Assembly: GCA_032718475.1 (NCBI GenBank)
Contig: JAUCBJ010007289.1
Coordinates: forward strand, 248,001 to 312,000
Direction: 5' to 3'
From: Nemertoderma westbladi
Lineage: Eukaryota > Animalia > Xenacoelomorpha
DNA: 64,000 bases
Part shown: piece by piece, positions 60,503 to 64,000 of the stretch
Numbering within the stretch: the first letter of the stretch is position 1
Layout of the letters: every line of letters begins with the position of its first letter
Translations under genes and position numbers: made by a program
The notes under the pieces: model-generated
Databases searched by the model: none
What the model saw: the letters and a program-made list of their open reading frames with translations, nothing else
Told to the model about the DNA's origin: nothing

Positions 60503-62803
60503 TGTTAAGCAATCCAACTTGGTCCAACGCAACTGTTGAACCTTAAAATCTTACTGTTGAACACAAGCAGGACCTTCAGAACCGTCGACTAAGAATATTT
60601 TACTGTTATATATGGCTCTGACAATCACGCGCTCCTTTCTCTGTCGATTTCTCAACAGAGAGCTAACTGTTCGAATTTATAAACCACCACAGCAATAACC
60701 AAAACAATAAATCTGAAATGGCTGAAATTTTAATTCACTTATACGATGCTATAAATTCACATTTTCAGGTTTTCGAGGGCGCTGATTCTAATGGAATACA
60801 TTTCTAATATGCCAGATCATTGCTACTTGTATTTTTCGGCGTAATTTGGCAAATTTTGGTGCTAGCACCAAATTTCGTACCCATCACCAAAAAGTACAAG
60901 TTTGCGATGTCCAGTGCTTTTTTTATTGATTCCATTGGATTCAGGACCCTCATAAACCCGTATAACGCAAGAAACAAGGTGATACTATCTACTGATCAAT
61001 TTGCCTATTTTCCAAAATTTGGTGCTGGCACAACAATTTTCACCCACCGGCGAAAAATACAAGTTTGAGAACTCTTATGAAATTTTTACTGATTCCATTG
61101 AATTCAGAACCATCACAAACCCGTATAACGCAAGAAACAAGGTGACACAATCAATTGATATATTTGATGGTTTTCAAAATTTGGTGCTAGCACCACATTT
61201 TGCACCCACATCCGAAAAAATACAAGTTTGAGATGTCTAGTTTGATAATTATATATTCCATTGAATTCAGAACAGGCATAAACCTCTAAAACGCAAGAAA
61301 TAAATTGTCACAAGCAATTTTATCTATTGAATGGATTTTCAAAATTTTCGTGCTAGCACCAAAATTTGCACACAGCAACGAAAAATAAAACGCTGAATGG
61401 AAATGAAAAACGCTTAGCGTTGAATATTCTACAGTAATTCTAAAAGTAATTTACCCAAAGCTATTCTCCGCTATGCAGCATACAAGTTTTTAATTTTAAT
61501 CTAAGCGCTAAATAAATTACTGTATCTCAAATTACAGAGTTGCGTACTAATTACTAAGTATTCCAGAATACGTATTTCTAATTTATTACGTTCTGAGTTA
61601 TACTAGCAATAGCCTAAATACCGTATTATTTTGACCTATCAGCGATTAATAAGCATAAACTTAGAAATAGAAAACAATCAAGAGAAATAGCGCCTATCTA
61701 AACATTACGATCAAGGTTCAGGCACTCCTTAAACAACACAACATAAAATAGCATTAGTGGCAGAGCTGGTAGCGCTAGTGTAAAAGATCCAGGCCACCCA
61801 AGCTACACACGGCCTTCCTAACTAAACCCACTAGACTACTGTAGTACTTTAAGGCTGAGACGAAATCTGGATCGTCAGCTCCCAAATGCTGTAATGATGA
61901 CCGGTCCCCGGTCCCTAACTGATTAGCCCAACCACAACTGCTAGCCCCCCGCCAGCGTTGCCCCACATTGGATCCTCCACACTTCCCTCCGTTGCTTCCA
62001 CAGTGCGCCCGCTGCGCCTACCGGTACCTTTAGCCCTCTATGCTAAAACAAATAGCTACCGTATCGGCGCATGCATTCGCAAACAGTCTGACAGTTGAAG
62101 GGAAAATCCTTGTTAGGATTTGCTACATCGCAAAGATTAATGAAATCGAAGTCAATCTAAGCAGTAATCATTATTCAAAAGAACAGAAATCAGTATTTTT
62201 TTTGCAGTTTATGACATACAGAATTAACGAGAAATGACAAGCAAGAAGATCAAAAAACATTAAATCAACTAACATAGAAAAACTGTACTGCTGTACTGGT
62301 GTACTGGCATACACTGACAAACACTGAACAAAATATAGGTATGATGCAATAATTATCTCATTGGTCCAACAATCCCTCCCACCATTAGACTAACCTAAAA
62401 CAGCTGGGCCAATGGGGAAGCTGGATTGTGATCCCTTTCGCCCCATTTCACAAATTATTACCATATATGGTAATGAAATATGTCCCGGTGGGCTTATAGG
62501 TTTGTGGCCGTAACATTAATTTCGCGATTATTAAAGCACATTTTAGGCGTTATTTTAGCACAAACATCGATTTATAGGGAAATGTAAATAAAATTAGATA
62601 TTGGATTCATATTTTGTTTTTAAAGAATTTTGCCACCGCAAATGAATATATCAGGGTTACATTAAAAAAATTACGTAAATAGGGCTACATACTGTATAAA
62701 ATCGACTGAATATAAAATGAACTTGTGTATTTTTTATTTACCCTATCTAATTATTACGGTTGCACATCAATACGCACTTATCTAACTTATTTTATACTGT
62801 ATA
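60503..62803 (-). repeat. B1 5' LTR, carrying a piggyBac-like fragment and cut by an RTE insertion near its U3 end
   Basis: 61487-62803 matches 16411-17769, and 60590-60722 aligns to the B2 LTR. The TGTTAA boundary at 60503 is inferred from distance to the B2-aligned block. Confidence 0.85.
60725..61387 (+). mobile_element. Internal fragment of the piggyBac-like element (no termini), including the empty Gypsy site
   Basis: Matches 86-670 joined to 5073-5153 with a single TTGT. Confidence 0.92.
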
Positions 62804-64000
62804 ATAATGGTTCTTTTCGGGGAATCTCATTGATCTCGATTGCTGCAAAGCTATACAATAGGTTTCTATTAAATCGCATCAGGGATCCCATTGAGAGACT
62901 GCTCCGTGGAAATCAGAATGGGTTCCGTAAAGGTCGTGGGACCATGGAGCCCATTTTGGCACTTAGAAGGATAATTGAAGAATTATCAAAAAAGAAAGAC
63001 AGGCATCTGGCTGTTGTCTTTGTTGACTTCTTCAAGGCCTTTGATTCAGTCTCTCGCTCACGTATGTTCAGCATACTTTCATTATATGGGATTCCTGATG
63101 AAATTATTGCAGCAATGAGATCAGTATACGATGGTTCGACAACATTTGTGTCTACTGTTGACGGTGACACAGAACCATTTGAAGTGTTATGGGGCGTCGT
63201 CCAAGGAGACACACTTGCACCATTCTCGTTCATTATTGTGGTTGACTATGTTCTACGCATGTCCTTAGATCATCATAATGATGATGGGGTGATGATAACT
63301 CCACCTACTGGCTCCAGAGGTCGAGGAAATCCTGCCAAATACCTAACTGATCTAGACTTTGCTGATGACTTAGGAGTACTCTCAGAATCATTAGAGGGAG
63401 CCCAACGGCTCCTCAGCTCATTAGAACATGCTGCTTCTAGTGTTGGTCTTTTTATTAACTCCAGAAAGACCAAAATGTTGACAGTTAACTTTGAAAGTCC
63501 TCAGCAAGTCTCTGATCGGATGAGCATAAGCTCAAAGGATGGTATGCTTGAGCATGTGGACGACTTCTGTTACCTGAGATCATGGATCCGGAAGTCAGGT
63601 GAGGACCTTCGAATACGTAAGGGAAAGGCATGGGCAGTCTTGAATAGGCTTTCCAGGATTTGGAAGTCACCGAGAATTAATCGGAAACTTAAGGTCCGAT
63701 TATTTAGAGCAGCAGTAGTTCCGGTACTCCTTTACTGGAGTCCATGCTGGGCTCTAACTGCTGAGGAGAACAAATCTCTGGATGGCACATTCACAAGAAT
63801 GCTACGTCTGGTTCATTGTGTCACGTACAATGCACACATCTCCAACCAGACACTATATAACATTGGAGGTGTCTCATTGGTTCCCCCAAGCTTGACACTA
63901 GAACAAAATCGCCTCCGCTTTGCAGGACATTGCTTTCGCCGTGAGGACCAGCCGGTGCATAGTCTTGTACTTTGGCAGCCTCATGGAGTGAATAAGCATG
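62804..64000 (+). mobile_element. 5'-truncated RTE-clade LINE; RT frame open to the window edge (absent from the ORF track)
   Basis: Manual translation from 62815: FRGISLISIAAKLY..NQNGFRKGR..FVDFFKAFDSV..GVVQGDTLAPF..LDFADDL..INSRKTK..RLRFAGHC, with no stop. Confidence 0.95.

Larger units (their letters stand above)
16411..62803 (-). mobile_element. BEL/Pao element B1, decayed, split by element C
   Basis: 3' LTR remnant 16411-17806 matches the 5' LTR 60503-62803. RT coding is continuous across the C insertion (TSD AGCAC). Colinear with B2 throughout. Confidence 0.92.

Overview
This is eukaryotic (animal-type) DNA made almost entirely of nested transposable elements. I found no host gene, RNA gene or CRISPR array. 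From the left: a piggyBac-like non-autonomous element (ending ...TAGGG|TTAA at 5650) carries an intact CsRn1-clade Ty3/Gypsy element (671-5068) and abuts a BEL/Pao element (A). Next come L2/CR1-group and RTE LINE fragments, then the 3' accessory region and LTR of another LTR element (D, about 10993-16114). A large nest follows: BEL B1 (minus, about 16411-62803) contains BEL C (plus, 21784-54843), which contains a Sola1-like MITE, a D fragment, BEL B2 (minus, 26227-44558, about 2-kb LTRs) and BEL E (minus, 45530-51791). Two signals stand out. (1) B1 and B2 have no tRNA primer-binding site. The 11 nt after each 5' LTR are instead exactly complementary to an 11-mer at the homologous position inside that element's own LTR, and the two families differ at 5 of 11 positions with fully compensatory changes, suggesting tRNA-independent self-priming in a BEL/Pao lineage. 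(2) The same lineage carries accessory ORFs downstream of pol: an unrecognised CxxC...CxxH/coiled-coil protein (in D and, decayed, in B2) and, in D, a WRN/EXD-like DEDDy 3'-5' exonuclease in frame with three zinc knuckles. All alignments and motif calls were made by eye; no database search was run.
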